Source: Tindallia sp. MSAO_Bac2 (GTDB lineage Bacteria; Bacillota; Clostridia; Peptostreptococcales; Tindalliaceae). Taken from it: a stretch of DNA of 64,000 nucleotides. Below the pieces are notes generated by a model. The model was given only the letters and a program-made list of their open reading frames with translations, was not told the DNA's origin and did not search any database. The stretch lies in the NCBI GenBank assembly GCA_003838145.1, contig QYZZ01000078.1, forward strand, positions 25,587-89,586. The letters run 5' to 3'. The position numbers and the translations under genes were made by a program. This document shows positions 19,201 through 28,793 of the stretch, in pieces; the first letter of the stretch is position 1; the number at the start of each line of letters is the position of its first letter.

Positions 19201-20748
19201 ATGAAAAAGCAGCGATGGATAGTGATGATTCTGGTAATAATGATGAGTATGACTCTTTTAGGCCCGGGCATGATGACCACCTATGCCAGTGATTTAGCAT
19301 GGGTACACGTGGATACGGTTTACAAGTTCTATCCGGATCGTGAGGATTATAACCATCCCGGCCACTATGCAGAGTTTGACTGGGCAAGAGGTGCTTTTAT
19401 CCGGCTGGAACAAAATGAAATCGAAGCGAATTTTGCCGTCGACGTCTATGAAGAGGCGCTTTATGGTCGTGGACCCTACTCTCATACAGAAGACAGGCAC
19501 GCCAGGTTTACATGGCAGGATCCACCTTCTGTGGTTTCAGGAGATAGTTTTCAGCTACAGGTGGATGTGGATGTTTTGTCCGGCAGACACAGCGAGGCAC
19601 ATCCGGCATCCCGATACCCCTACTTTGAAGTCCATACAGCCAGCACCGGCTGGGTGACAACCTCAAGACGAATCACCATGATTGATCCGGTCAGAATGGA
19701 GCGGGAAAGTGACAATGTAGGTGGAAAATCAGCACCAAGGGTGTCTATCAATCCTTATGGAGAAGCAATGGAAGACAGTTATACAGAAGGACGCTACGCC
19801 TACCTGGATACTGGTGGTTCGGCTACTTTTGGCGTTGGTCTGCCGGAATTAAGGAGCAACCGGGAAGGTGACCAGATTTACGTCGTCCTTCAGGTGAGCG
19901 GTGTTGGCAGAGGTACTGATCGGGCTGCTGTAGCCTATTTATATGAAATGCAGTCTGTGAGTCCGGGAGATGTACCTGGGGTATCAGACGATGACCTACT
20001 GATTACCATGCCGCCGGAGCATTATGAGGATGAGGAAGTAAGGCCTCCGGCGAGTGAAAGCAGGGAAACGGAAGCCACTGCTGCCGGAAACCGGATGGAA
20101 TGGCCCACCGTTAGTGGGGTATTGGGTTACCGGATTTTTCGATCCACAAATCAACGGGAGCTGGGCATTTCAGTCACCGATTTTTACATTACCGCCATGC
20201 CCTTTGTTGACGTCAACATAGAACCGGATACCGACTATTACTATACGGTAAAACCGGTACTGCGGGAGGCAGACCCCTTACGGGGAGTTGACGAAGAACT
20301 GGGTGAGGCTATTACCACCTATACCGTTAGAAGCAGCTCCAGCGTTATTGCCTCCGGTGAGCAGAAAAGTTTTATTGTATTGCAGATTGACAAACCGAAC
20401 ATGGTAGTAAATGGTGTTTCAGAAGAAATAGACCCGGGTCGTGGAACCACTCCACAGATTATCTCCAACCGGACCATAGTACCTATCCGGGCCATTGTGG
20501 AAGCCATGGGCGGCACCGTAGGCTGGGATGGCAGTGAAAGCAAAATCACCCTGAATGCCAAAGGTAACAATGTGGAGATGTGGTTAAACAGTACCAACCT
20601 GCGCGCCAATGGTGCCCCCTCCTCCATGGACGTTGCTCCTGTAGCTATTGGAGGAAGAACCTTTGTGCCGGTCCGGTTCTCTGCAGATAATCTGGATGCA
20701 GAAGCCCACTGGCTGAATTCAACCCGGGAAGTTGTCATTACTTTTTAA
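19201..20748 (+). CDS. Secreted protein with C-terminal copper amine oxidase N-terminal (stalk) domain
   Basis: Signal peptide; Fn3-like segment; RTIVPIRAIVEAMGGTVGWD and RTFVPVRF motifs. Confidence 0.8.
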   Translation: MKKQRWIVMILVIMMSMTLLGPGMMTTYASDLAWVHVDTVYKFYPDREDYNHPGHYAEFDWARGAFIRLEQNEIEANFAVDVYEEALYGRGPYSHTEDRHARFTWQDPPSVVSGDSFQLQVDVDVLSGRHSEAHPASRYPYFEVHTASTGWVTTSRRITMIDPVRMERESDNVGGKSAPRVSINPYGEAMEDSYTEGRYAYLDTGGSATFGVGLPELRSNREGDQIYVVLQVSGVGRGTDRAAVAYLYEMQSVSPGDVPGVSDDDLLITMPPEHYEDEEVRPPASESRETEATAAGNRMEWPTVSGVLGYRIFRSTNQRELGISVTDFYITAMPFVDVNIEPDTDYYYTVKPVLREADPLRGVDEELGEAITTYTVRSSSSVIASGEQKSFIVLQIDKPNMVVNGVSEEIDPGRGTTPQIISNRTIVPIRAIVEAMGGTVGWDGSESKITLNAKGNNVEMWLNSTNLRANGAPSSMDVAPVAIGGRTFVPVRFSADNLDAEAHWLNSTREVVITF

Positions 20749-20783
20749 CATACAAACAATAAACCGAAAAGAAATAAAACTCT

Positions 20784-20820
20784 CAAAAGGGCAGGAAGTT
20801 GTTTTTCCTGCCCTTTTGTT
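20784..20820 (+). terminator. Intrinsic terminator
   Basis: CAAAAGGGCAGGAA/TTCCTGCCCTTTTG. Confidence 0.8.
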
Positions 20821-20887
20821 GTGTTGATAACAGCTTTGCCTTTTCCTGGGTCTGGAGCAATGATATAATCAAAAGGCACTCAATAAA

Positions 20888-21697
20888 ATGAACAGAACGA
20901 AGGTGAAGGGATTGTTACATGCTTTTTCCAGAAGTGAAATGTTGCTGGGCAAACAGGGAATCAAAAAATTATCGGAAAGCCGGGTGGCTGTTTTTGGTAT
21001 TGGAGGAGTGGGCACCTTTGCTGTCGAGGGACTGGCACGATCAGGAGTCGGAAAATTCTTGCTGGTGGATAATGACGATATTTGTTTAACTAACCTGAAC
21101 CGGCAAATTCATGCTACCTGTAAAACCATTGGGAAATCAAAAGTAGAAGTAATGAAAGAAAGAATAATGGATATCAATCCGAAGGTGGAAGTTACTGTGT
21201 GGAAGCGTTTCTACATGGCGGGAAACCGAAATTCCAAATCTGCCTTAGGGCCAGTGGAAAATGCTTTGGCCTGGGATGAAGTTTTGACGTACCATCTAAC
21301 GCCGGGCAATCAGATTGATTATATAATTGATGCCATTGATACAGTGTCAGCTAAAATGGATCTGGTTACAAAGGCGCAGGAAGCGGAGATTAATGTTATC
21401 AGCAGTATGGGAGCCGGAAATAAACTGGACCCTACCCGTTTCGAAGTGGCAGATCTGTTTAAAACCCAAAACTGTCCTCTGGCAAAAGTGATGCGGAAAG
21501 AACTGCGGAAAAGAGGAGTTGAACGCCTGAAAGTTGTTTATTCCCAGGAAGAGCCGATGAAACCCCTGGAAGAAGAGGATTATAGCTGCAACAGTTCATC
21601 ACGAAGGTCTGTTCCGGGAAGTGTTTCCTTTGTGCCTTCCGTTGCCGGTCTTATTCTGGCGAGTGAAGTGGTGAAAGATCTGACTAAAGAACCTTAA
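20888..21697 (+). CDS. tcdA: tRNA threonylcarbamoyladenosine dehydratase (ThiF family)
   Basis: GIGGVG, TNLNRQIHA, DAID, SMGAGNKLDP, CPLAKVMRKELRK, SFVPSVAG. Confidence 0.9.
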   Translation: MNRTKVKGLLHAFSRSEMLLGKQGIKKLSESRVAVFGIGGVGTFAVEGLARSGVGKFLLVDNDDICLTNLNRQIHATCKTIGKSKVEVMKERIMDINPKVEVTVWKRFYMAGNRNSKSALGPVENALAWDEVLTYHLTPGNQIDYIIDAIDTVSAKMDLVTKAQEAEINVISSMGAGNKLDPTRFEVADLFKTQNCPLAKVMRKELRKRGVERLKVVYSQEEPMKPLEEEDYSCNSSSRRSVPGSVSFVPSVAGLILASEVVKDLTKEP

Positions 21698-21731
21698 AAA
21701 AAAACATTCTGCTAAGGAAAGGAAATATGAT

Positions 21732-22061
21732 ATGGCGACTTTTGAAGATTTTATGAAACTGGATATTCGTGTAGGCGAGATTGTCAATGCTCAACATTTT
21801 GAGAAAGCTAAAAAAACATCCTATAAATTGTGGGTGGATTTTGGTGAGGAAATCGGAATAAAAAAATCCAGTGCCCAAATTACAGAGTGCTACCAGCTGG
21901 AAGATCTGGTGGGAAGGCAGGTAATGGGCGTTGTTAATTTTCCTCCCAGACAGATTGCGGATTTTCTGTCGGAGGTTTTGGTGCTGGGGGTATACTCGGA
22001 TCAGGGAGTCGTTCTCATCCAACCGGAAAGAAAAATAAAGAACGGAGATAAGTTAGGCTGA
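21732..22061 (+). CDS. csaA: tRNA-binding/export chaperone CsaA
   Basis: FEDFMKLDIRVG, KKSSAQIT, VVNFPPRQIA, SEVLVLG. Confidence 0.9.
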   Translation: MATFEDFMKLDIRVGEIVNAQHFEKAKKTSYKLWVDFGEEIGIKKSSAQITECYQLEDLVGRQVMGVVNFPPRQIADFLSEVLVLGVYSDQGVVLIQPERKIKNGDKLG

Positions 22062-22121
22062 GAGAATTCTGCTAAGAAGCTTCATTATGGTCTGCTGAAA
22101 AAACGGTTGACAATTATTTAG

Positions 22122-22134
22122 TTGCATGATACAA
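22122..22134. promoter_or_regulatory. Putative MarR operator 1
   Basis: TTGCA-TGA-TACAA just downstream of TTGACA (22107-22112); near-identical site at 22672. Confidence 0.55.
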
Positions 22135-22155
22135 ACAAATAAAGAGGTGATATGT

Positions 22156-22647
22156 ATGTCTAAAACATGTGGCGACTGCTCTGTGGTTTCCGACCCGGCC
22201 AAATATGACTGTTGTGTTGAGGAAGTAGGAAATACGATTCAGCATCTGGTTCGTATCATGCAGTTGTTTGAGAGGGATCAGATTAAGCCGCAGGGATTTA
22301 CAACTTCACAGGCTTATGTACTGACACAGCTATACAAAACACCTGGCATAACGATGAATGAGCTTAGTGAAAAGCTGAATGCGAAAACCAGTACCATGAC
22401 ACGAATTGTTAATACACTGGTCCGTGATGGCTTGATTCAAAGAAAACGGGATGATGCTGACCGACGGGTGGTAGTGGTTGAATTGACGGAAATTGGGAAA
22501 GAAGCCGCCGGTTTGCTGGAGAAAGCCATCAAAGCATATTACCGGAAGATAGTCGACCATTTGCCGGAGGGACAGGTTCAGGAAGTGCTGAAAGCGGTTA
22601 ACCTATTAGTGGAAGCATTTGATGAAGTAAACCCTAACTGCTGCTAA
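22156..22647 (+). CDS. Cys-rich MarR family regulator
   Basis: MarR wHTH (TMTRIVNTLVRDGLIQR..D..DRR); CGDC, CC near N-terminus and terminal CC. Confidence 0.9.
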   Translation: MSKTCGDCSVVSDPAKYDCCVEEVGNTIQHLVRIMQLFERDQIKPQGFTTSQAYVLTQLYKTPGITMNELSEKLNAKTSTMTRIVNTLVRDGLIQRKRDDADRRVVVVELTEIGKEAAGLLEKAIKAYYRKIVDHLPEGQVQEVLKAVNLLVEAFDEVNPNCC

Positions 22648-22671
22648 AGAGAAAAAAATCTTACCTAATAA

Positions 22672-22684
22672 TTGTAATATACAA
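22672..22684. promoter_or_regulatory. Putative MarR operator 2
   Basis: TTGTA-ATA-TACAA upstream of permease. Confidence 0.55.
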
Positions 22685-22747
22685 ATAATGCATATTACAA
22701 TTAAAAAAGTTTTCAGAAGCAGTTGGATAAGACTGGAGGAAAAAAAT

Positions 22748-23677
22748 ATGACAGAGACAGTCAGATATGTGATGCAGTTTGTTTATCGTGCTTCATTCAG
22801 CCTGGCACCATTTTTTTTTATGAGTGTGGCAGTTGCTTCGATTATCAAAACTTTCGAGCTGGAAAAAAACCTTAAAAAAGCATTTGACGGGAAACAGAAA
22901 ATTTCCGTGACATTAGCGGCTGGAACCGGTGCACTAAGTCCGTTGTGCTCCTGTGGAGTTATACCAGCCGTCGCAGCTATGCTGGCAGCCGGAATCCCGC
23001 TGGCACCCATTATGGCCTTTTGGATTACTTCGCCGTTGATGAGTCCGGAATCTTTCGTTCTGACATATAGCTTGCTGGGCCGAGACCTGGCAGTGGCAAG
23101 GTTGATTGCCACGCTGATGATTGGGTTGGCGGCAGGGTATGGAACCATGTATTTGGTACGGAACGGATTTCTTAACAGCGGTGTTTTGAGAAATAATGCG
23201 GGATTAAAGAAATCTGATCCCTGCTGTAAAAGGGCAGAAGCGGAGATGAGTCGTAAAGAAAAATGGATCGCCAAAAGCATTCAACTTGCAAGAAATATGA
23301 AGGATATGGGAATATTTATCGGAAAATATATTTTGTTGGCATTTGTTCTTGAAGCAATGATAGTTCGTTATGTGCCTGTGGAATGGGTTGGAAAGATATT
23401 GGGAAGTGGAAATAATGCAGGACCTATCCTTGCTGCCATGCTTGGAGTTCCTGCCTATTCCAGCAGTATATCAGCAATTCCTGTAGTACGGGGATTGATG
23501 GACTTGGGTATGGATAAAGGGACGGCTCTTGCGTTTTTGATTGGAGGAGCAGCCACTTCCATTCCGGCTATGGCAGCCGTGTTTTCGATCGTAAAGGGAA
23601 AAGTATTTATTCTCTATTTAGTTTATAGTATGTTAGGAGCTGTAACTGCAGGTTATTTGTTTCGATTAATCCGATGA
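22748..23677 (+). CDS. DUF318/ArsP-like permease
   Basis: SPLCSCGVIP, FWITSPLMSP, GAATSIP motifs; central DPCCK. Confidence 0.85.
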   Translation: MTETVRYVMQFVYRASFSLAPFFFMSVAVASIIKTFELEKNLKKAFDGKQKISVTLAAGTGALSPLCSCGVIPAVAAMLAAGIPLAPIMAFWITSPLMSPESFVLTYSLLGRDLAVARLIATLMIGLAAGYGTMYLVRNGFLNSGVLRNNAGLKKSDPCCKRAEAEMSRKEKWIAKSIQLARNMKDMGIFIGKYILLAFVLEAMIVRYVPVEWVGKILGSGNNAGPILAAMLGVPAYSSSISAIPVVRGLMDLGMDKGTALAFLIGGAATSIPAMAAVFSIVKGKVFILYLVYSMLGAVTAGYLFRLIR

Positions 23678-23820
23678 CTACCACCGCTAAGACTCCCTCT
23701 TCTTTAAGAGGGAGATAAGCGGTGCTACGTCCCTGGATAACGCATTCTAACCTTCTGATGGAGTTAAAACTCCACCAGAAGCTAAGAATCCTGTTTATGT
23801 AAACAGTGAAAGTATGGAGA
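23678..23820 (+). mobile_element. Possible non-coding IS200/IS605-superfamily remnant (end hairpin/OMEGA-RNA-like)
   Basis: Nested hairpin CACCGCT..CTCCCTCTT-CTTT-AAGAGGGAG..AGCGGTG, then CTACGT, a second hairpin and TAAACAGT; no ORF. Confidence 0.35.
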
Positions 23821-23826
23821 TGCAAA

Positions 23827-23862
23827 AAATAAACCGCGGGGACTGTCCCCGCGGTTTATTTT
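23827..23862. terminator. Bidirectional intrinsic terminator
   Basis: AAAATAAACCGCGGGGA/TCCCCGCGGTTTATTTT. Confidence 0.8.
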
Positions 23863-23874
23863 CAACTGTTTTTT

Positions 23875-23988
23875 TTACTGCGGTTTTTCATACGCATTCA
23901 TTAATACGTAACCCATTCCATAAAATAGTAGTGGTATTAATGAAGTAATTCCTATTGTTAATATAATGCTAAACAGCATTTCTCTCAC
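23875..23988 (-). CDS. Small single-TM membrane protein, 37 aa
   Basis: GTG start after GGGAGAGTG RBS; MREMLFSIILTIGITSLIPLLFYGMGYVLMNAYEKPQ; terminator follows. Confidence 0.6.
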   Translation of the reverse strand: MREMLFSIILTIGITSLIPLLFYGMGYVLMNAYEKPQ

Positions 23989-24121
23989 GATTATCACTCT
24001 CCCTTGTTGTCATAGTTGAAAAGGGGGGGCGCGGCTCTTTCGAAATCAAGGCTTGGAAAGAGCCGGCAATTTAAGGAGGTTTTGCGAACAAACAACTTGC
24101 TTAAAACAAATCTATCAAAAC

Positions 24122-24141
24122 AGAATGAACTGAATGTGAAC
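24122..24141 (-). promoter_or_regulatory. HssR-type direct repeat
   Basis: Minus strand GTTCACATT-CA-GTTCATTCT. Confidence 0.55.
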
Positions 24142-24229
24142 AAAACAAATAAAACAAAAAAAGATTTTACCCTTGTCGAAAAAACATGTAAAACGTACAA
24201 TAGTCATGCAGAAGGCTGTGTTGATGCCA

Positions 24230-24249
24230 GTTCATAGTCAGTTCATTTT
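24230..24249 (+). promoter_or_regulatory. HssR-type direct repeat upstream of RND operon
   Basis: GTTCATAGT-CA-GTTCATTTT. Confidence 0.6.
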
Positions 24250-24412
24250 AATAGCTTACAATAAGTTTCGTTTACCTGAAAAGGGAAAGCGTCGGGAAAC
24301 GGTTATTTCTCTAATCAATGATGAGTAGTTAGTGAAACAAAATAAAGTCAATAACGTAGGCTTTAGGAGATGAAGGAAGAATACATAGTGAAGGTAAAAT
24401 GGAGGGAAAAGA

Positions 24413-25621
24413 ATGAAGAAGAAAGCAGTAATAGCCGTATTGCTTGGAGTCGTAGCAGTTGCAGGGTTGATTGCTCTGCGGCTTAGCGATAGAGGAGCGG
24501 AAGAAGTGGCAGAGGAACAGTATGTACCCGTAGAGGTTGAGGCCTCTGCCCTGGAAACAATCAGTGACCGTATCCTTCTCAATGGAACGATTCGGGCTAA
24601 CGATGAGGCAATGGTAATGCCAATGGCTCAGGGACGGGTGGATACCCTTAATGTTCGGCTGGGAGATTATGTGCAAAAAGATGAAGCTTTAATGGTTATT
24701 GACCAGGCTAACAGCCGTCGAAATCTGGAACAGGCGGAAAAATCCCTGGAAATGGCGCGGCAGGATGCGGAAAGAGCAGAAGCCGGAGTGGATCAGGCAC
24801 TTATAGGCGTTGAGAATGCCAGAGATCAGTATGAAGATGCTCAGGCAACGCTGTCTCGGGTGCGGGCTTTATACGAAGCTGGTGCTGCCAGTCAGACAGA
24901 GCTGGAGCAGGCAGAACTGGCGGCCACCAGCCGTCAGGTTGAAAACGCAGAAAGCCAACTGAGGCAGGCGGAAATTGGGTATCAACAGGCATTGAATCAG
25001 GTATCCCAGGCAGAAATAGGATATCGCCAGGCCTCTGAGGCTTTGGATGATACCATTGTCCGCGCACCCATGAGCGGCATTGTGTCCACGCTTAACGTTG
25101 TTGCCGGTGAAATGGCCGGTGGGTCTCAGCCAGCAGCTATTATCTCGGATATTGATACCATTTTTTTTCAGGCAAATGTAGCTGAAAATACCATCAACAG
25201 CCTGGAAACAGGCCAGGAAGTTTCCATTAATATTCCTGCAGCCGGCCGGGAATTAAACGGAACCATTGACTTTATAAGCTCTACACTGAATCCGGAAACA
25301 CAACTTTATATGGTCAGGGCCTACCTGAATAATGAGGATCGACAGATTCGGGCCGGCATGAGCGCAACAATAGAGACAGCTCTCAACCTTCGGGAAAATG
25401 TTCTTGCCATTAACCGTCGAGCCGTAATGGAAAGAGATGGAGAAGTTTATGTTTTTGTGGCTGAAGATGATAAAGCTGTACGGAAAAACCTTACCCTGGG
25501 GATGGAAAGCGACAGGACGGTTGAGGTGATCGATGGATTGGATGTGGGAGAATCCGTAATCGTTAAAGGTCAGCATTATCTTTCTGATGGTGATGAGATT
25601 CGAATTGTGGGAGGGGAGTAG
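24413..25621 (+). CDS. RND efflux membrane fusion (adaptor) subunit
   Basis: N-terminal TM, lipoyl halves (GRVDTLNVRLGDYV; VRAPMSGIV), long coiled hairpin, RAGMS. Confidence 0.92.
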   Translation: MKKKAVIAVLLGVVAVAGLIALRLSDRGAEEVAEEQYVPVEVEASALETISDRILLNGTIRANDEAMVMPMAQGRVDTLNVRLGDYVQKDEALMVIDQANSRRNLEQAEKSLEMARQDAERAEAGVDQALIGVENARDQYEDAQATLSRVRALYEAGAASQTELEQAELAATSRQVENAESQLRQAEIGYQQALNQVSQAEIGYRQASEALDDTIVRAPMSGIVSTLNVVAGEMAGGSQPAAIISDIDTIFFQANVAENTINSLETGQEVSINIPAAGRELNGTIDFISSTLNPETQLYMVRAYLNNEDRQIRAGMSATIETALNLRENVLAINRRAVMERDGEVYVFVAEDDKAVRKNLTLGMESDRTVEVIDGLDVGESVIVKGQHYLSDGDEIRIVGGE

Positions 25622-25624
25622 TAC

Positions 25625-28600
25625 ATGAATTTATCTAAACTTGCTGTTAAACGCCCCGTTACCACTGTAATGGTAATGCTTGTCATCATTTTGCTGGGAG
25701 CTGTTTCTCTTACCCAGCTGCCTCTGGATTTAATGCCGGACATTGAAATCCCGGTTGCTCTGGTGAGCACTTCTTACTCCGGTGTTGGACCGCAGGAAAT
25801 GGAAAATCTGGTTTCCAGACCCCTGGAAGATGCGGTGGCTACTGTGTCGGACTTGGATGGGATGATGTCGGTCTCCTCCCAGGGAAGCTCTATGGTGGTG
25901 GCTCAGTTTGACTTTGGCACAGATATGAACTTTGCCACCCTGAAAATGAGAGAAAACATCGATATGGTCAGCGGTATGCTTCCGGATGGAGCTTCGCAGC
26001 CTATGGTATTTCAGCTGGATCTGGATGCTATGCCTATTGTCATGCTTTCCCTGTCCGGTGAGGAAGACCTGTTTCAGCTACAGGAAATGGCTGAGGACGT
26101 GGTTAAACCAAGGCTGGAGCGTATCGCAGGAGTTGCCTCGGTAGATATTGTCGGAGATTATGTTCATGAAATAGAGGTGAAGGTTAATGAACAAAGATTA
26201 AATGCTTATGGTATTGGGACGGATCGGGTTGCCCAGGTGATTCAGGCATCAAATGTCAACATGCCGGGTGGTACCGTGGAAAGAGGATTCGACAAACTGA
26301 CGGTCCGCACCATTGGCGAATTTAATACAGTGGAAGAAATCGGACAACTTCCTGTAACGCTGCCCAATGGTTCTCTTATCCAGGTGAATGATGTGGCAGA
26401 GGTTCAGCGGATTCCCAGGGAAGTAACATCCATATCCCGAACCAATGGACAAAACGGTATCGGGATCCTGGTGCAAAAACAGTCCGGAACCAACACGGTA
26501 CAGGTGGCAAATGCAGTGGAGAGCGAAGTTCAAAAGCTTCGGGCAGAATATGAACAGACAAACATAACCACTATTTTCGACCAGTCGGAATTTATCCGGG
26601 AAGCCATTTATAATGTAGGAAGAAATGCCATTTTCGGAGGACTGCTGGCGGTTCTGGTTCTTTATCTGTTCCTGCGGAATATCCGCTCCGTATTTATTAT
26701 TGCAACGGCGCTTCCTATTTCGGTTATTGCAGCTTTCGTCCTTCTATATTTAAATGATTTAACGCTTAACTTGATGAGCCTTGGTGGACTGGCCCTGGGG
26801 ATAGGAATGCTGGTGGACAACTCCATCGTTGTACTGGAGAATATTTATCGTTTCCGGAGTGAAGGGCGGTCACGGATTGATGCAGCTGTTGATGGCGCCA
26901 GTGAAGTTTCCATGGCGGTAACCTCCTCCACCTTAACAACTATTGCTGTATTCATACCGGTTGTTTTTGTGGGCGGGCTGACGTCTATACTCTTTGGTGA
27001 GTTTGCATTGACCGTTACCCTGTCTCTGATCGGCTCTTTGGTAGTGGCGCTGACTCTGATTCCCATGCTCAGCTCAAAAATACTGAAGGTGGAAAAAGCC
27101 AGGCTTTCCCAGAGAACAGGAAAGGCAAAGCTGACTACGAGAGCTCACGATGCATTTGACAGAGCATTTCATAATATTGAAACCAATTATCGGTCGATTC
27201 TCAGCTGGGGACTGGTTCATCGTAAAACAATGATCATTGGAGCCGTGCTGGTGTTTTTAGGAAGTGTCAGCTCTGTTTTTCTGGTGGGTGCTGAGTTTTT
27301 TCCTTCGGCAGATCAGGGGCAGATTGAAGTTAATGTTTCCCTGCCGAGAGGTTCTCAGATTCATGAAACGGATGAAGTGTTTCAAAGAATTGAAGCTAAG
27401 CTGATGGAGATCGAAGAACTGGAGGTTATTTCTTCCACTATCGGAGCGAGTATGGGTTTTGGCATGGGTGGCACAGGCGAGCATGAAGGAAATCTGACTC
27501 TGGCTCTGGTGGATTTGAATCAGAGGGATCGAAGCTCGGCAGAAGTAGCAGCGGATATCAGGCACCGGGTTCGTGATATTGCCGGTGCAGAAATAACCGT
27601 TTCCTTAATGGACGATATGGCTATGGGAGGTACTGGCGGAGCACCGGTGGAAGTGAAAATAAAAGGTGATGACCTGGATATGCTGGAGGAGATTACGGAT
27701 GATCTGCGACGAATCATCGCAGGCGTAGAAGGCACCCAGGATGTGGAAACCAGCTTTACGGAGGGCGCGCCGGAGCTTCAGGTTCACATAGACAAATATA
27801 TGGCTTCCACTTACGGGTTGACAACGGCTCAGGTGGCTGAAACCATCCGCAGTTATGCACAAGGCACTACGGTATCTTATTTCCGGGAGGGAGACGGAAA
27901 TGAATTGGATATTGTCCTGCGTGGTGAGGAAAGAATCCGGGAAGACCTGGCAAACCTGCAGCAAATTAGTATACAGACACCAATGGGTAGTTCGGTGCCC
28001 TTGTCCCAGGTAGCTTCTATTCAAATCGCTGAAGGGCCTATCTCCATACAAAGGGAAGATCAGCAGCGAACAGCAACGGTTACAAGCGAGCTGAGCGGCC
28101 GCGATCTGGGAAGCGTTATGGGGGATATTCAGGAAAAACTGGAAGACTATATTCTGCCGGAAGGTTACTTTATCGAACTTGGCGGGGAATTTGAACAAAT
28201 TGAAGAGGTTTTTGCTGATATGGCACTGGCCATCACCATGGCAATTATCCTGGTCTACATGATCATGGCCTCTCTGTTTGAATCACTGATGCATCCCTTT
28301 ACCATCATTACTTCATTGCCGCTGGCTTTTTCAGGTGGATTCCTGGCACTCTTTGTGACAGGAAGAACCCTTAATGTCCCTGCGCTGATAGGATTTCTGA
28401 TGCTGTCGGGGATTATCATTAATAACGGGATTGTACTGGTGGATTACATTAACACCCTGCGCTCCCATGGAAAAGAGCGGAGGGAAGCCATTGAAACAGC
28501 AGGCCCTATAAGATTAAGGCCTATTCTGATGACCACTCTCACCACGGTTCTTGCCATGTTGCCCATGGCCCTGGGAATTGGTGAAGGCGCAGAGGTGCAG

Positions 28601-28738
28601 GCTCCCATGGCCACTACGGTTATCGGAGGATTGCTGCTCTCTACAGTCCTGACTTTGCTGGTGACGCCGGTAATCTATACCATCACAGATGACATCTCAG
28701 CAGCTGTTAAGGATAAGTTTCGAAAAATTAGAGAATAA
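25625..28738 (+). CDS. RND efflux permease (AcrB/SwrC family)
   Basis: AVKRPVTT, GMLVDNSIVVLENI, GIIINNGIVLVD, RLRPILMTTLTT; 1037 aa. Confidence 0.95.
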   Translation: MNLSKLAVKRPVTTVMVMLVIILLGAVSLTQLPLDLMPDIEIPVALVSTSYSGVGPQEMENLVSRPLEDAVATVSDLDGMMSVSSQGSSMVVAQFDFGTDMNFATLKMRENIDMVSGMLPDGASQPMVFQLDLDAMPIVMLSLSGEEDLFQLQEMAEDVVKPRLERIAGVASVDIVGDYVHEIEVKVNEQRLNAYGIGTDRVAQVIQASNVNMPGGTVERGFDKLTVRTIGEFNTVEEIGQLPVTLPNGSLIQVNDVAEVQRIPREVTSISRTNGQNGIGILVQKQSGTNTVQVANAVESEVQKLRAEYEQTNITTIFDQSEFIREAIYNVGRNAIFGGLLAVLVLYLFLRNIRSVFIIATALPISVIAAFVLLYLNDLTLNLMSLGGLALGIGMLVDNSIVVLENIYRFRSEGRSRIDAAVDGASEVSMAVTSSTLTTIAVFIPVVFVGGLTSILFGEFALTVTLSLIGSLVVALTLIPMLSSKILKVEKARLSQRTGKAKLTTRAHDAFDRAFHNIETNYRSILSWGLVHRKTMIIGAVLVFLGSVSSVFLVGAEFFPSADQGQIEVNVSLPRGSQIHETDEVFQRIEAKLMEIEELEVISSTIGASMGFGMGGTGEHEGNLTLALVDLNQRDRSSAEVAADIRHRVRDIAGAEITVSLMDDMAMGGTGGAPVEVKIKGDDLDMLEEITDDLRRIIAGVEGTQDVETSFTEGAPELQVHIDKYMASTYGLTTAQVAETIRSYAQGTTVSYFREGDGNELDIVLRGEERIREDLANLQQISIQTPMGSSVPLSQVASIQIAEGPISIQREDQQRTATVTSELSGRDLGSVMGDIQEKLEDYILPEGYFIELGGEFEQIEEVFADMALAITMAIILVYMIMASLFESLMHPFTIITSLPLAFSGGFLALFVTGRTLNVPALIGFLMLSGIIINNGIVLVDYINTLRSHGKERREAIETAGPIRLRPILMTTLTTVLAMLPMALGIGEGAEVQAPMATTVIGGLLLSTVLTLLVTPVIYTITDDISAAVKDKFRKIRE

Positions 28739-28744
28739 TATAAA

Positions 28745-28776
28745 GAAATCCCCTCTCGGTTAAGAGAGGGGATTTC
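28745..28776. terminator. Terminator between convergent genes
   Basis: GAAATCCCCTCTC/GAGAGGGGATTTC. Confidence 0.75.
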
Positions 28777-28793
28777 AGATTGAAGATAAAAAT

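Noticed and set aside
23675-23825. Sec read-through of the permease TGA
   Set aside because: Stop is at the expected family C-terminus and the downstream sequence is structured non-coding DNA
23994-24676. Track ORFs 23994-24200, 24016-24237, 24256-24582, 24329-24676
   Set aside because: No RBS or domain features; overlap promoter/operator DNA or lie antisense to the adaptor gene
24413-28738. RND pump lacking a TolC partner
   Set aside because: Normal for monoderm Firmicutes
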